Below the pieces are notes generated by a model. That model made no database searches, was not told where the DNA came from, and saw only the letters and a program-made list of their open reading frames with translations. Both the position numbers and the translations under genes were made by a program. Positions 7,226 to 15,430 of a stretch of DNA of 19,299 nt are shown here, piece after piece. The first letter of the stretch is position 1; the number at the start of each line of letters is the position of its first letter. Source of the DNA: a virus (lineage: Duplodnaviria; Heunggongvirae; Uroviricota; Caudoviricetes); the IMG/VR virus record IMGVR_UViG_2579778784_000004; one strand, given 5' to 3'.

Positions 7226-9197
7226 TTCCTGGTTCAGGATGCAGGCTGGTCACCAGAGTGACGCGGATATTTATATTTATGACGAGATTGGTTTCTGGGG
7301 TGTTACAGCGAAGCAGTTTATCAGTGATCTGAATGCACTGGGCGATATCACCCACATTAATCTCCATATTAATTCACCGGGTGGCGATGTCTTTGAAGGC
7401 ATCGCCATTTTTAATGCGCTGAAAACACATGGGGCGTCCATTACCGTTTATGTCGACGGTGTGGCGGCGTCAATGGCGTCGGTCATTGCGATGGTGGGAA
7501 ACCCGGTCATTATGCCGGAAAACACCTTCATGATGATTCATAAACCATTTGGCTTTACGGGCGGTGATGCGGAGGACATGCGCACCTATGCCGACCTGCT
7601 CGATAAGGTTGAGGCGGTTCTGTTACCCGCTTATGCACAGAAAACCGGGAAAACCACCGATGAAATTGCTGCCATGCTGGCGGATGAGACCTGGATGTCC
7701 GGTGCCGAATGTCTGGCACATGGATTTGCTGATCAGGTAACGCCAGCCGTTAAGGCAATGGCATGTATTCAGTCAAAACGTACAGAGGAATTTAAAAAGA
7801 TGCCGGAATCCATTCGAAACATGATTACTCCGCCACGCAACAGTGCTCCACGCGTACAGGATGATGAACCTGCAGCCTCCCGGACGCCAGTGCAGGCAGC
7901 AGCACCCGTGGTGGATGAAAACAGTATCCGTGCGCAGGTACTGGCAGAGCAAAAAGCGCGTGTAAACGGTATTAATGATCTGTTTGCCATGTTTGGCGGG
8001 CGTTATCAGACGCTGCAGGCTCAGTGTCTTGCCGATCCTGAATGTTCGCTGGAGCGGGCCCGCGAAAAGCTGTTGAACGAGATGGGGCGCGAGTCCACGC
8101 CATCCAATAAAAATACCCCGGCTCATATTTATGCCGGTAACGGTAATTTTGTGGGGGACGGGATCCGCCAGGCGCTGATGGCGCGTGCCGGATTTGAAAA
8201 AACCGAACGTGATAATGTCTACAACGGGATGACCCTGCGTGAATATGCCCGTATGTCACTGACTGAACGGGGTATTGGGGTTTCCAGTTATAACCCGATG
8301 CAGATGGTCGGTGCGGCGTTCACACACAGTACGTCTGACTTCGGTAATATTCTGCTGGATGTTGCGAACAAAGCCATTCTGCAGGGCTGGGAAGATGCCC
8401 CTGAAACCTATGAACAGTGGACGCGGAAAGGTCAGTTGTCTGATTTTAAAATTGCCCATCGTGTGGGTATGGGGGGCTTCAGTGCTCTGCGTCAGGTGCG
8501 TGAAGGGGCGGAATATAAATACGTCACCACCGGAGATAAACAGGCCACTATTGCACTGGCGACCTATGGCGAGCTGTTCAGTATCACCCGTCAGGCCATT
8601 ATCAATGATGATCTGAATATGCTGACCGATGTCCCGATGAAACTGGGCCGTGCGGCGAAATCCACTATTGCCGATCTGGTTTATGCCATTCTGACGTCTA
8701 ACCCGAAAATCTCCACAGATAATGTAAGTCTGTTCGATAAAGCGAAACATGCAAACGTACTGGAGAGCGCTGCAATGGACGTGGCATCGCTGGATAAAGC
8801 CCGCCAGTTGATGCGTGTTCAGAAAGAGGGGGAGCGTCATCTGAATATTCGTCCTGCGTTCGTACTGGTACCGACGGCGATGGAGTCTGTTGCTAACCAG
8901 GTCATTCGCTCCTCAAGTGTCAAGGGGGCTGACATTAACGCCGGTATTATTAACCCGGTGAAAGATTTTGCGACCGTTATTGCAGAGCCTCGTCTTGATG
9001 ATAACAGCCAGACCACTTTCTACCTGGCTGCGTCCAAAGGCTCCGATACGATTGAAGTGGCTTATCTCAACGGTGTGGATACGCCATATATTGATCAGAT
9101 GGAGGGCTTCAGTGTGGATGGCGTGACAACGAAAGTGCGTATTGACGCCGGTGTCGCGCCAGTTGATCACCGCGGTCTGGTGAAATGTACGGCGTAA
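7170..9197 (+). CDS. Fused prohead protease (ClpP-like serine peptidase) - scaffold-like linker - major capsid protein
   Basis: N-terminal ClpP-like region (INSPGGDVFEGIAIFNALKTH...ASMASVIAMVG...IHKPFGF), central Ala/Gln-rich linker, long C-terminal capsid-like domain. Start uncertain: GTG 7170 has a strong AAGGAGG Shine-Dalgarno (7158-7164); alternative ATG 7239. Confidence 0.8.
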   Translation: MPQRNDRSRSIPTTSPKNNSWFRMQAGHQSDADIYIYDEIGFWGVTAKQFISDLNALGDITHINLHINSPGGDVFEGIAIFNALKTHGASITVYVDGVAASMASVIAMVGNPVIMPENTFMMIHKPFGFTGGDAEDMRTYADLLDKVEAVLLPAYAQKTGKTTDEIAAMLADETWMSGAECLAHGFADQVTPAVKAMACIQSKRTEEFKKMPESIRNMITPPRNSAPRVQDDEPAASRTPVQAAAPVVDENSIRAQVLAEQKARVNGINDLFAMFGGRYQTLQAQCLADPECSLERAREKLLNEMGRESTPSNKNTPAHIYAGNGNFVGDGIRQALMARAGFEKTERDNVYNGMTLREYARMSLTERGIGVSSYNPMQMVGAAFTHSTSDFGNILLDVANKAILQGWEDAPETYEQWTRKGQLSDFKIAHRVGMGGFSALRQVREGAEYKYVTTGDKQATIALATYGELFSITRQAIINDDLNMLTDVPMKLGRAAKSTIADLVYAILTSNPKISTDNVSLFDKAKHANVLESAAMDVASLDKARQLMRVQKEGERHLNIRPAFVLVPTAMESVANQVIRSSSVKGADINAGIINPVKDFATVIAEPRLDDNSQTTFYLAASKGSDTIEVAYLNGVDTPYIDQMEGFSVDGVTTKVRIDAGVAPVDHRGLVKCTA

Positions 9198-9220
9198 ACG
9201 TCGCAGACAACAACTCTGAT

Positions 9221-9241
9221 GGCCCGTAAGGGCTTTTTTTG
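9221..9241 (+). terminator. Intrinsic terminator/attenuator downstream of the capsid gene
   Basis: GGCCC-GTAA-GGGC hairpin followed by TTTTTTT; a second 7-bp hairpin CAGCCCC-TGTAC-GGGGCTG at 9252-9270 lies just before the next gene. Confidence 0.55.
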
Positions 9242-9283
9242 TACCTGAAATCAGCCCCTGTACGGGGCTGTGCGGAGACAGTT

Positions 9284-9607
9284 ATGGCAAAGAATTTTGT
9301 AGAAGAAGGAAAAACGGTGGCGATTGTTGCCAGTGCAGCCATCAGCAGCGGAGATCTGGTGCAGGTGGGTGATGTTTTTGCGGTGGCGCTGACCGATATT
9401 CCACAGGGTGAAACAGGCGACGGCATGACCGAAGGTGTGTTTATGCTGCCTAAGCTGAAAACGGATGACATGAAAACGGGTAAGAAGGTTTATCTGAAGT
9501 CCGGAAAAGTTCAGCTGACTAACAGCGGCTCTGATCCGCTGGTCGGGGTTGTCTGGGCAGATGCCGGAACCAGTGCAGAAGAAGTGCCGGTAAAACTCAA
9601 TGTCTGA
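9284..9607 (+). CDS. Small head protein, DUF2190-like (putative head decoration/cement protein)
   Basis: 107 aa from ATG 9284 (GGAG Shine-Dalgarno at 9273-9276); Gly/Val-rich, predicted beta-rich; located directly after the major capsid gene. The track ORF start at 9239 falls inside the upstream hairpins. Confidence 0.65.
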   Translation: MAKNFVEEGKTVAIVASAAISSGDLVQVGDVFAVALTDIPQGETGDGMTEGVFMLPKLKTDDMKTGKKVYLKSGKVQLTNSGSDPLVGVVWADAGTSAEEVPVKLNV

Positions 9608-9875
9608 TCCCTTTTCCCGGTTGGCAGCGCGTATGGATGCTATCACGGTCAGAAAGATGGGAAAGACAGCCTCGATTAATGATGTCGATATGACTGTGAT
9701 CCCGGGAGAAACACTGGCAGAGCTGAATGCTCTGTCCGGACCTGCGGTCTCTCTGGTGGTGTTTTCTTCGGGATACCGCCCACGGCGCGGGGATCGCGTT
9801 GTTTATGACGGACAACAATGGACGGTCACACGGCATGAACGCTTTAACGGTAAGCCAATGATCTTTATTGAGTAA
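9600..9875 (+). CDS. Head-tail attachment protein (lambda gpFII-like)
   Basis: 91 aa; SDPFSRLAARMDAITVRKMGKTASI resembles the lambda FII N-terminus and PRRGDRVVYDGQQWTV the FII RRGDTLTIGEENFWV segment, as I recall them. Confidence 0.75.
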   Translation: MSDPFSRLAARMDAITVRKMGKTASINDVDMTVIPGETLAELNALSGPAVSLVVFSSGYRPRRGDRVVYDGQQWTVTRHERFNGKPMIFIE

Positions 9876-9886
9876 AGAGGTGTGGG

Positions 9887-10465
9887 ATGAAGGGGCTTGA
9901 GAATGCCATCCGCAATCTGAACAGCCTTGATACCCGTATGGTGCCACAGGCCAGCGCATGGGCGATAAACCGTGTGGCACAGAAAGCGGTCTCGGTTGCC
10001 ACCCGGCAGGTTGCCGGGAATACCGTTGCGGGAGATAACCAGGTGAAAGGGATCCCCCTGAAACTGGTACGTCAGCGTGTCCGGGTGTTTAAAGCCAGTC
10101 CGTCAGGAAAAATGACGGCCAGGATCCGCGTTAACCGGGGCAATCTGCCCGCCATTAAGCTGGGGACAGCCCGGGTCAGACTGGCCCGGCGTGGTGGAAA
10201 ACTGCAGTACCGTGGCAGTGTGCTGAAGGTGGGTAAATATCTTTTCCGGGATGCGTTTATTCAGCAACTGGCGAATGGTCGCTGGCATGTGATGCGGCGT
10301 ATTGATGGCAAAAATCGTTACCCCATTGATGTGGTGAAAATCCCGCTGTCCGGACCGCTGACACAGGCATTTGAAGATGCCCGCGACCGCATCATTGCTG
10401 CGGAAATGCCGAAACAGCTGGGGTATGCACTGAAACAACAACTGAGGTTATGGCTGACCCGATGA
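9887..10465 (+). CDS. Z: Tail completion protein Z
   Basis: 192 aa, same length as lambda Z; FIQQLANGRWHVMRRIDGKNRYPIDVVKIPLSGPLTQAF matches lambda Z (FIQQLKNGRWHVMQRVAGKNRYPIDVVKIP) closely. Confidence 0.92.
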   Translation: MKGLENAIRNLNSLDTRMVPQASAWAINRVAQKAVSVATRQVAGNTVAGDNQVKGIPLKLVRQRVRVFKASPSGKMTARIRVNRGNLPAIKLGTARVRLARRGGKLQYRGSVLKVGKYLFRDAFIQQLANGRWHVMRRIDGKNRYPIDVVKIPLSGPLTQAFEDARDRIIAAEMPKQLGYALKQQLRLWLTR

Positions 10466-10863
10466 ACCGACATACACAAATCCGCCAGGTCGTACTGGCA
10501 CGCCTTCGGGAACAGTGTGGAGACAGCGCCACGTTTTTTGACGGGCTTCCGGCATTTGTTGATGCGCAGGAACTGCCTGCCGTGGTGGTGTGGCTGAGTG
10601 ATGCTCAGTACACCGGAAAAATGACGGATGAAGATGACTGGCAGGCTGTTCTGCATATTGCTGTCTTCATCCGGGCACAGGCACCGGATTCAGAGCTGGA
10701 TATGTGGATGGAGAGCACCATTTTCCCGGCCCTGAATGATGTACCGGCACTTTCCGGACTCATCGACACCCTGATCCCACTCGGTTTTAACTATCAACGT
10801 GATAATGAGATGGCCACCTGGGCGATGGCGGAAATCACGTACCAGATCACGTACACGAATTAA
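10462..10863 (+). CDS. U: Tail terminator protein U
   Basis: 133 aa from ATG 10462 (ATGA overlap with the Z stop); ATFFDGLPAFVDAQELPAVVVWLSDAQYTG and PDSELDMWMES match lambda U. Confidence 0.92.
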   Translation: MNRHTQIRQVVLARLREQCGDSATFFDGLPAFVDAQELPAVVVWLSDAQYTGKMTDEDDWQAVLHIAVFIRAQAPDSELDMWMESTIFPALNDVPALSGLIDTLIPLGFNYQRDNEMATWAMAEITYQITYTN

Positions 10864-10873
10864 GGAGGTGGCA

Positions 10874-11617
10874 ATGACCACACCAAATCCACTGGCAAAG
10901 ACGAAAGGTGCGGGGACGACGTTCTGGATGTATACCGGCAACGGCGACGCATTTGCGAACCCTTTGTCGGACACTGACTGGCTGCGTCTTGCGATGGTGA
11001 AGGATCTGCAACCTGGCGAAATGACCGCTGATGCAGAAGATGATACTTATCTCGATGATGAAGATGCAGACTGGAAAACGACAACCCAGGGGCAGAAATC
11101 AGTCGGTGATACTTCGGCGACGCTGGCCTGGCGTCCGGGTGACAGCGGGCAGAAAAAACTGGTTCAGTTGTTCGACTCCGGTGAAGTCTGCGCGTTTCGT
11201 ATCAAATATCCCAACGGTACTGTTGATGTTTTCCGTGGCTGGCTGAGTTCACTGGGTAAAACCATTGCCTCAAAAGACGTGATGACCCGCACTGTGAAAA
11301 TCAGCGGTGTGGGGCGTCCGTATCTGGCAGAGGAAGGCACTGAAACAGTGAGCGTTACCGGGCTGACGGTGGCACCGGCATCTGCCAGTGTAAAAGTGGG
11401 AGCAACCACCACGCTGACCTTTACAGTAAAACCTGACGGAGCCAGTGACAAAGCGATCAGTGTGCATTCGTCAGATCCACAGACTGCCACGGTGACCCTG
11501 AACGGGCTTGTAGCCACGGTGAAAGGCGTGAAGCAGGGCAGTGTCAGCATTGTGGGCATGACCGCTGACGGGAATTTTGTGGCTGTGGCTGCGGTGACTG
11601 TCAGCGCTGCAGGTTAA
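10874..11617 (+). CDS. V: Major tail protein V with C-terminal Ig-like (Big_2-type) domain
   Basis: AAGGAGG Shine-Dalgarno then ATG 10874; KGAGTTFWMYTGNGDAFANPLSD, YLDDEDADW and FPNGTVDVFRGW match lambda V; the C-terminal approximately 90 aa are Thr/Val/Ser-rich as in the lambda V Ig-like domain. Confidence 0.95.
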   Translation: MTTPNPLAKTKGAGTTFWMYTGNGDAFANPLSDTDWLRLAMVKDLQPGEMTADAEDDTYLDDEDADWKTTTQGQKSVGDTSATLAWRPGDSGQKKLVQLFDSGEVCAFRIKYPNGTVDVFRGWLSSLGKTIASKDVMTRTVKISGVGRPYLAEEGTETVSVTGLTVAPASASVKVGATTTLTFTVKPDGASDKAISVHSSDPQTATVTLNGLVATVKGVKQGSVSIVGMTADGNFVAVAAVTVSAAG

Positions 11618-11637
11618 CAGGACGATACTCATCATTT

Positions 11638-11661
11638 GCCCCGGTTATCCGGGGCTTTTTT
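11638..11661 (+). terminator. Intrinsic terminator/attenuator downstream of V
   Basis: 7-bp stem GCCCCGG/CCGGGGC, loop TTAT, followed by TTTTTT. Confidence 0.7.
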
Positions 11662-11677
11662 GCAGGTGGAGAACATG

Positions 11678-12064
11678 ATGTTTCTGAAACAGGGCACGTT
11701 TAATTATGAAAAACAGTCCGTGGTGCTCAGTGAGCTGTCCGGGCTGCAGAGAATTGAATATCTGGCGTTTGTTCAGCAGCGAACGGCAAAGTTTGATGCC
11801 GGTGAGGGAGAACTGCCGGAGGCTGAACGACAGATTGCTTTTCTGCGGATGGGGATGGATATCAATGCCTGGCTGGTTTCCCGCTCACTGTGGAATGCGG
11901 ATCAGTCTAAGGATGTAGAGACGCTTTGCGCATCCGTTATTACAACATGGTCGTATGATGCCCTGGGTGCGGGGGCGGAGATGGTTCTGTCGCTGAGCGG
12001 TATGGGGGCCATTGATAATGCCGGGGATGATGAGCATGAGGCGCTGACGCCGGAAAAGTCCTGA
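11678..12064 (+). CDS. G: Tail assembly chaperone G
   Basis: 128 aa from ATG 11678 (GGTGGAG Shine-Dalgarno); MFLKQ... start, LSELSGLQRIEYLA and LSGM motifs as in lambda G. Confidence 0.85.
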   Translation: MFLKQGTFNYEKQSVVLSELSGLQRIEYLAFVQQRTAKFDAGEGELPEAERQIAFLRMGMDINAWLVSRSLWNADQSKDVETLCASVITTWSYDALGAGAEMVLSLSGMGAIDNAGDDEHEALTPEKS

Positions 12065-12402
12065 CGCGGGAAATGCAGTTTGTCATGCGGCTTGCCCGGG
12101 AGTTCCGGCGGGCAGACTGGCGGCGGATGCTGTCGGAAATGTCGGCCACTGAGCTTGGTGAGTGGGGCGATTATTTCCGGATGCAGAGCTTCAGTGATGT
12201 GTGGATGGATGCGCAGTTTGCCTCGCTGAAGGCATTGATCGTGAGAATGGTGTCCGGCAGCAGTGATGCTGCGGTGGCTGATTTCAGCCTTTTACCGGAA
12301 GAGAACGGGATACCGGAGCGAACGGACGAAGAACTGATGCATCTTGGGGAAGGTATTTCCGGAGGTGTGCGTTATGGACCAGATAGCCAACCTGGTCATT
12401 GA
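11678..12402 (+). CDS. GT: Tail assembly chaperone G-T fusion, made by -1 programmed ribosomal frameshift near 12052-12058
   Basis: The -1 frame is open from 12040 to the stop at 12400-12402 and overlaps the last 7 codons of G. The A-AAG slip position (12054-12058) sits two codons before the G stop. The downstream frame encodes a T-like segment (LAREFRRADWRRMLSEMSATELGEW). Confidence 0.65.
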
Positions 12403-15400
12403 TTTGGGGATTGATGCGGCAGAGTTTAAAAATGAAATCCCCCGTATCAAAAACCTTCTGAATGGTGCAGCCAGCGATGCAGAACGGTCTTCTGCCCGTA
12501 TGCAGCGTTTTATGGAGCGTCAGACTCAGGCCGCCCGGCAGACAACGCAGGCGGCGTCTTCGGCTGCAACAGCCGCATCCGTCCATGCGCAGACGGTGGA
12601 GAAGAACGCACAGGCTCATGAACGCATGGCCCGCGAGGTGGAGAAAACCCGCCAGCGTATGGAGGCGCTGAGCCAGAAAATGCGCGAGGAACAGGCGCAG
12701 GCCATGGCTCTGGCGGAGGCTCAGGATAAAGCGGCTGCTGCGTTTTATCGTCAGATTGACAGTGTGAAACAGGCCAGTGCGGGTCTGCAGGAATTACAGC
12801 GTATTCAGCAGCAGATCCGACAGGCCAGAAACAGTGGCGGGATTGGTCAGCAGGATTATCTGGCGCTGATTTCTGAGGTTACGGCGAAAACCCGTGTTCT
12901 TACACAGGCTGAGGAAGAGGCTACCCGACAGAAAGTGGCGTTTATCCGTCAGCTTAAAGAGCAGGCAACCCGCCAGAATCTTTCTTCTTCTGAGTTGCTT
13001 CGTGCTAAGGCTGCCCAACTGGGGGTAAGCAGTGCTGCAGAAGTGTATATCCGCAAAATGGAGCAGGCAGGAAAAGCCACGCATTCGCTGGGGCTGAAAA
13101 GTGCAGCGGCCCGTCAGGAGATAGGCGTTCTGATAGGTGAACTGGCCCGCGGAAATTTAGGTGCGCTGAGGGGATCCGGAATAACGCTGGCTAACCGTGC
13201 CGGGTGGATAGACACATTGATGTCACCGAAAGGCATGATGCTTGGCGGGGTTATTGGCGGTATTGCCGCGGCTGTCTATGGTCTGGGTAAAGCCTGGTAT
13301 GACGGTCAGAAGGAGGGGGAAGAATTTAACCGCCAGCTGTCGCTGACGGGGCATTATGCCGGAGTCACTGCCGGGCAGCTGTGGACGCTCAGTCGTGCTA
13401 TTTCCGGGAATGGTATCACGCAACATGCTGCAGCCGGTGCGCTGGCTCAGGTGGTGGGGAGTGGTGCATTTCGTGGAAACGATATCGGTATGGTGGCGAG
13501 AGCTGCCGCACAGATGGAGCGATCGGTTGGCCAGTCGGTCAGCGATACCATAAATCAGTTTAAGCGGCTGAAGGATGATCCTGTAAATGCCGCGAAGGCT
13601 CTGGACAATGAGCTGCATTTTCTTACTGCCACTCAGCTTGAGCAGATACGCGTCCTTGGGGAACAGGGGCGGTCCAGTGATGCGGCACGGATAGCCATGT
13701 CTGCACTGGCAGAGGAAACCGGTCGGCGTACTGCGGATATTGATAATAACCTCAATGCGCTGGGCAGTACGCTGAAGTATCTGTCTGATTTATGGAGTCG
13801 TTTCTGGGATGCGGCCATGAATATTGGTCGTGAAGACTCGCTGGATGAACAGATTTCCGCTTTACAGGAGAAAGTGTCGCGGGCGAAAAGACTCCCCTGG
13901 ACGGCATCATCTTCTCAGGTTGAATACGATCAGCAGCGTCTTAACGATCTTCAGGAGAAAAAACGCCAGAAGGATTTGCAGGATGCAAAAGAGCAGGCAG
14001 AGCGGAATTATCAGGAGCAACAGAAACGCCGTAATGCTGAAAATGCTGCACTGAACCGGATGAATGAAACGGAAGCTGCACGACATCAGCGTGAAATTGC
14101 GCGTATTAATGCCATGCAGTACGCCGATCAGGCTGTCAGGGATGCGGCGATACAACGTGAAAATGAACGTTACGAGAAAGCCCTGGCATCCGGTAAGAAA
14201 AAAACACGCGAAACCCGTAATGATGAGGCCACCCGGTTATTGCTGCAGTACAGTCAGCAACAGGCACAGGTGGAAGGACAGATTGCTGCTGCAAGACAGT
14301 CAGCAGGCATTGCCACTGACAGGATGACAGAAGCGCATAAACAGCTTCTGGCTCTGCAGCAGCGCATCAGCGATCTGGACGGGAAAAAACTGACGGCAGA
14401 TGAAAAGAGTGTGCTGGCCCGTAAAGATGAACTGATTCAGGCACTGACGCTGCTGGATGTAAAACAGCAGGAGCTTCAGAAACAGACGGCACTCAACGAT
14501 CTGAAGAAAAAAACAATTCAGCTGACCAGTCAACTGGCTGAAGAAGAGCGCGCTCAGCGTCAGCAACATGACCTGGATATCGCCACGGTTGGTATGGGTG
14601 ATCAGCAGCGGCAGCGATATCAGGTACAACTGAGTCTTCGCCAGAAATACCAGCAACAGCTGGAGCAGTTGAGGCGGGATAGTGAGCAGAAAGGGACATA
14701 TAACACGGATGACTACAGAAAGGCCGAGCAGGCGCTGACGGAGAGTCTGAACCGACAACTGAATGAGAATCGCCGTTACTGGCAACAGCTTGAAATTGCT
14801 CAGGGTAATTGGAAAAACGGAGTCCTGCGTGCACTCCAGAATGTCACTGAGAATGCGGATAACACAGCCGGGACAGTGGAACAGTTGTTCACGTCTGCGT
14901 TCAGTAGCATGAGTGACTGGCTGGCGACATTCTGTACTACAGGCAAACTCAATTTCAAATCTTTTACTTCTTCTGTGCTGTCAGATATGTCCAGAATCAT
15001 GGCTCAGATAGCTTTAATGAAAGCGGTAAAAGGCATTGCTTCCGCGCTGCCTTTTGATTTTGTAGCCAATGCTGATGGCGGTGTTTATCAGTCGGCTGAT
15101 TTGAGTCGCTACAGTGGCACGGTGGTTAACCGTCCGACGTTTTTTGCTTTTGCAAAAGGCGCGGGTGTGATGGGGGAAGCTGGACCTGAAGCCATTCTGC
15201 CACTGCGTCGTGGTGCTGACGGTAAGCTGGGGGTTGTGGCGGATATTGGTGGTTCAGGTATGGCGATGTTTGCCCCGCAGTACAACATCGAGATCAATAA
15301 CGATGGCACGAACGGGCAGATAGGTCCTGCTGCCCTGAAGGTGGTTTATGACCTTGGGAAAAAAGCGGCAGCGGACTTTATGCAACAGCAGGCCCGTGAT

Positions 15401-15430
15401 GGTGGTCGGTTAAGTGGAGCATATCGGTAA
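12374..15430 (+). CDS. H: Tail tape measure protein H
   Basis: 1018 aa; N-terminus MDQIANLVIDLGIDAAEF resembles lambda H (DLVVDLSLDAARF) and C-terminus INNDGTNGQIGPAALKVVYD...RDGG matches lambda H; long Gln/Ala/Arg/Glu-rich central coiled-coil region; GGAGG Shine-Dalgarno before ATG 12374. Confidence 0.93.
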   Translation: MDQIANLVIDLGIDAAEFKNEIPRIKNLLNGAASDAERSSARMQRFMERQTQAARQTTQAASSAATAASVHAQTVEKNAQAHERMAREVEKTRQRMEALSQKMREEQAQAMALAEAQDKAAAAFYRQIDSVKQASAGLQELQRIQQQIRQARNSGGIGQQDYLALISEVTAKTRVLTQAEEEATRQKVAFIRQLKEQATRQNLSSSELLRAKAAQLGVSSAAEVYIRKMEQAGKATHSLGLKSAAARQEIGVLIGELARGNLGALRGSGITLANRAGWIDTLMSPKGMMLGGVIGGIAAAVYGLGKAWYDGQKEGEEFNRQLSLTGHYAGVTAGQLWTLSRAISGNGITQHAAAGALAQVVGSGAFRGNDIGMVARAAAQMERSVGQSVSDTINQFKRLKDDPVNAAKALDNELHFLTATQLEQIRVLGEQGRSSDAARIAMSALAEETGRRTADIDNNLNALGSTLKYLSDLWSRFWDAAMNIGREDSLDEQISALQEKVSRAKRLPWTASSSQVEYDQQRLNDLQEKKRQKDLQDAKEQAERNYQEQQKRRNAENAALNRMNETEAARHQREIARINAMQYADQAVRDAAIQRENERYEKALASGKKKTRETRNDEATRLLLQYSQQQAQVEGQIAAARQSAGIATDRMTEAHKQLLALQQRISDLDGKKLTADEKSVLARKDELIQALTLLDVKQQELQKQTALNDLKKKTIQLTSQLAEEERAQRQQHDLDIATVGMGDQQRQRYQVQLSLRQKYQQQLEQLRRDSEQKGTYNTDDYRKAEQALTESLNRQLNENRRYWQQLEIAQGNWKNGVLRALQNVTENADNTAGTVEQLFTSAFSSMSDWLATFCTTGKLNFKSFTSSVLSDMSRIMAQIALMKAVKGIASALPFDFVANADGGVYQSADLSRYSGTVVNRPTFFAFAKGAGVMGEAGPEAILPLRRGADGKLGVVADIGGSGMAMFAPQYNIEINNDGTNGQIGPAALKVVYDLGKKAAADFMQQQARDGGRLSGAYR

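Noticed and set aside
8256-8840. 194-aa minus-strand ORF antisense to the capsid gene
   Set aside because: Antisense shadow ORF inside the protease/capsid ORF; no independent support.
14300-14785. 161-aa minus-strand ORF antisense to the tape measure gene (Leu/Gln-rich)
   Set aside because: Mirror image of the Gln/Leu/Ala codon-rich coiled-coil region of H.
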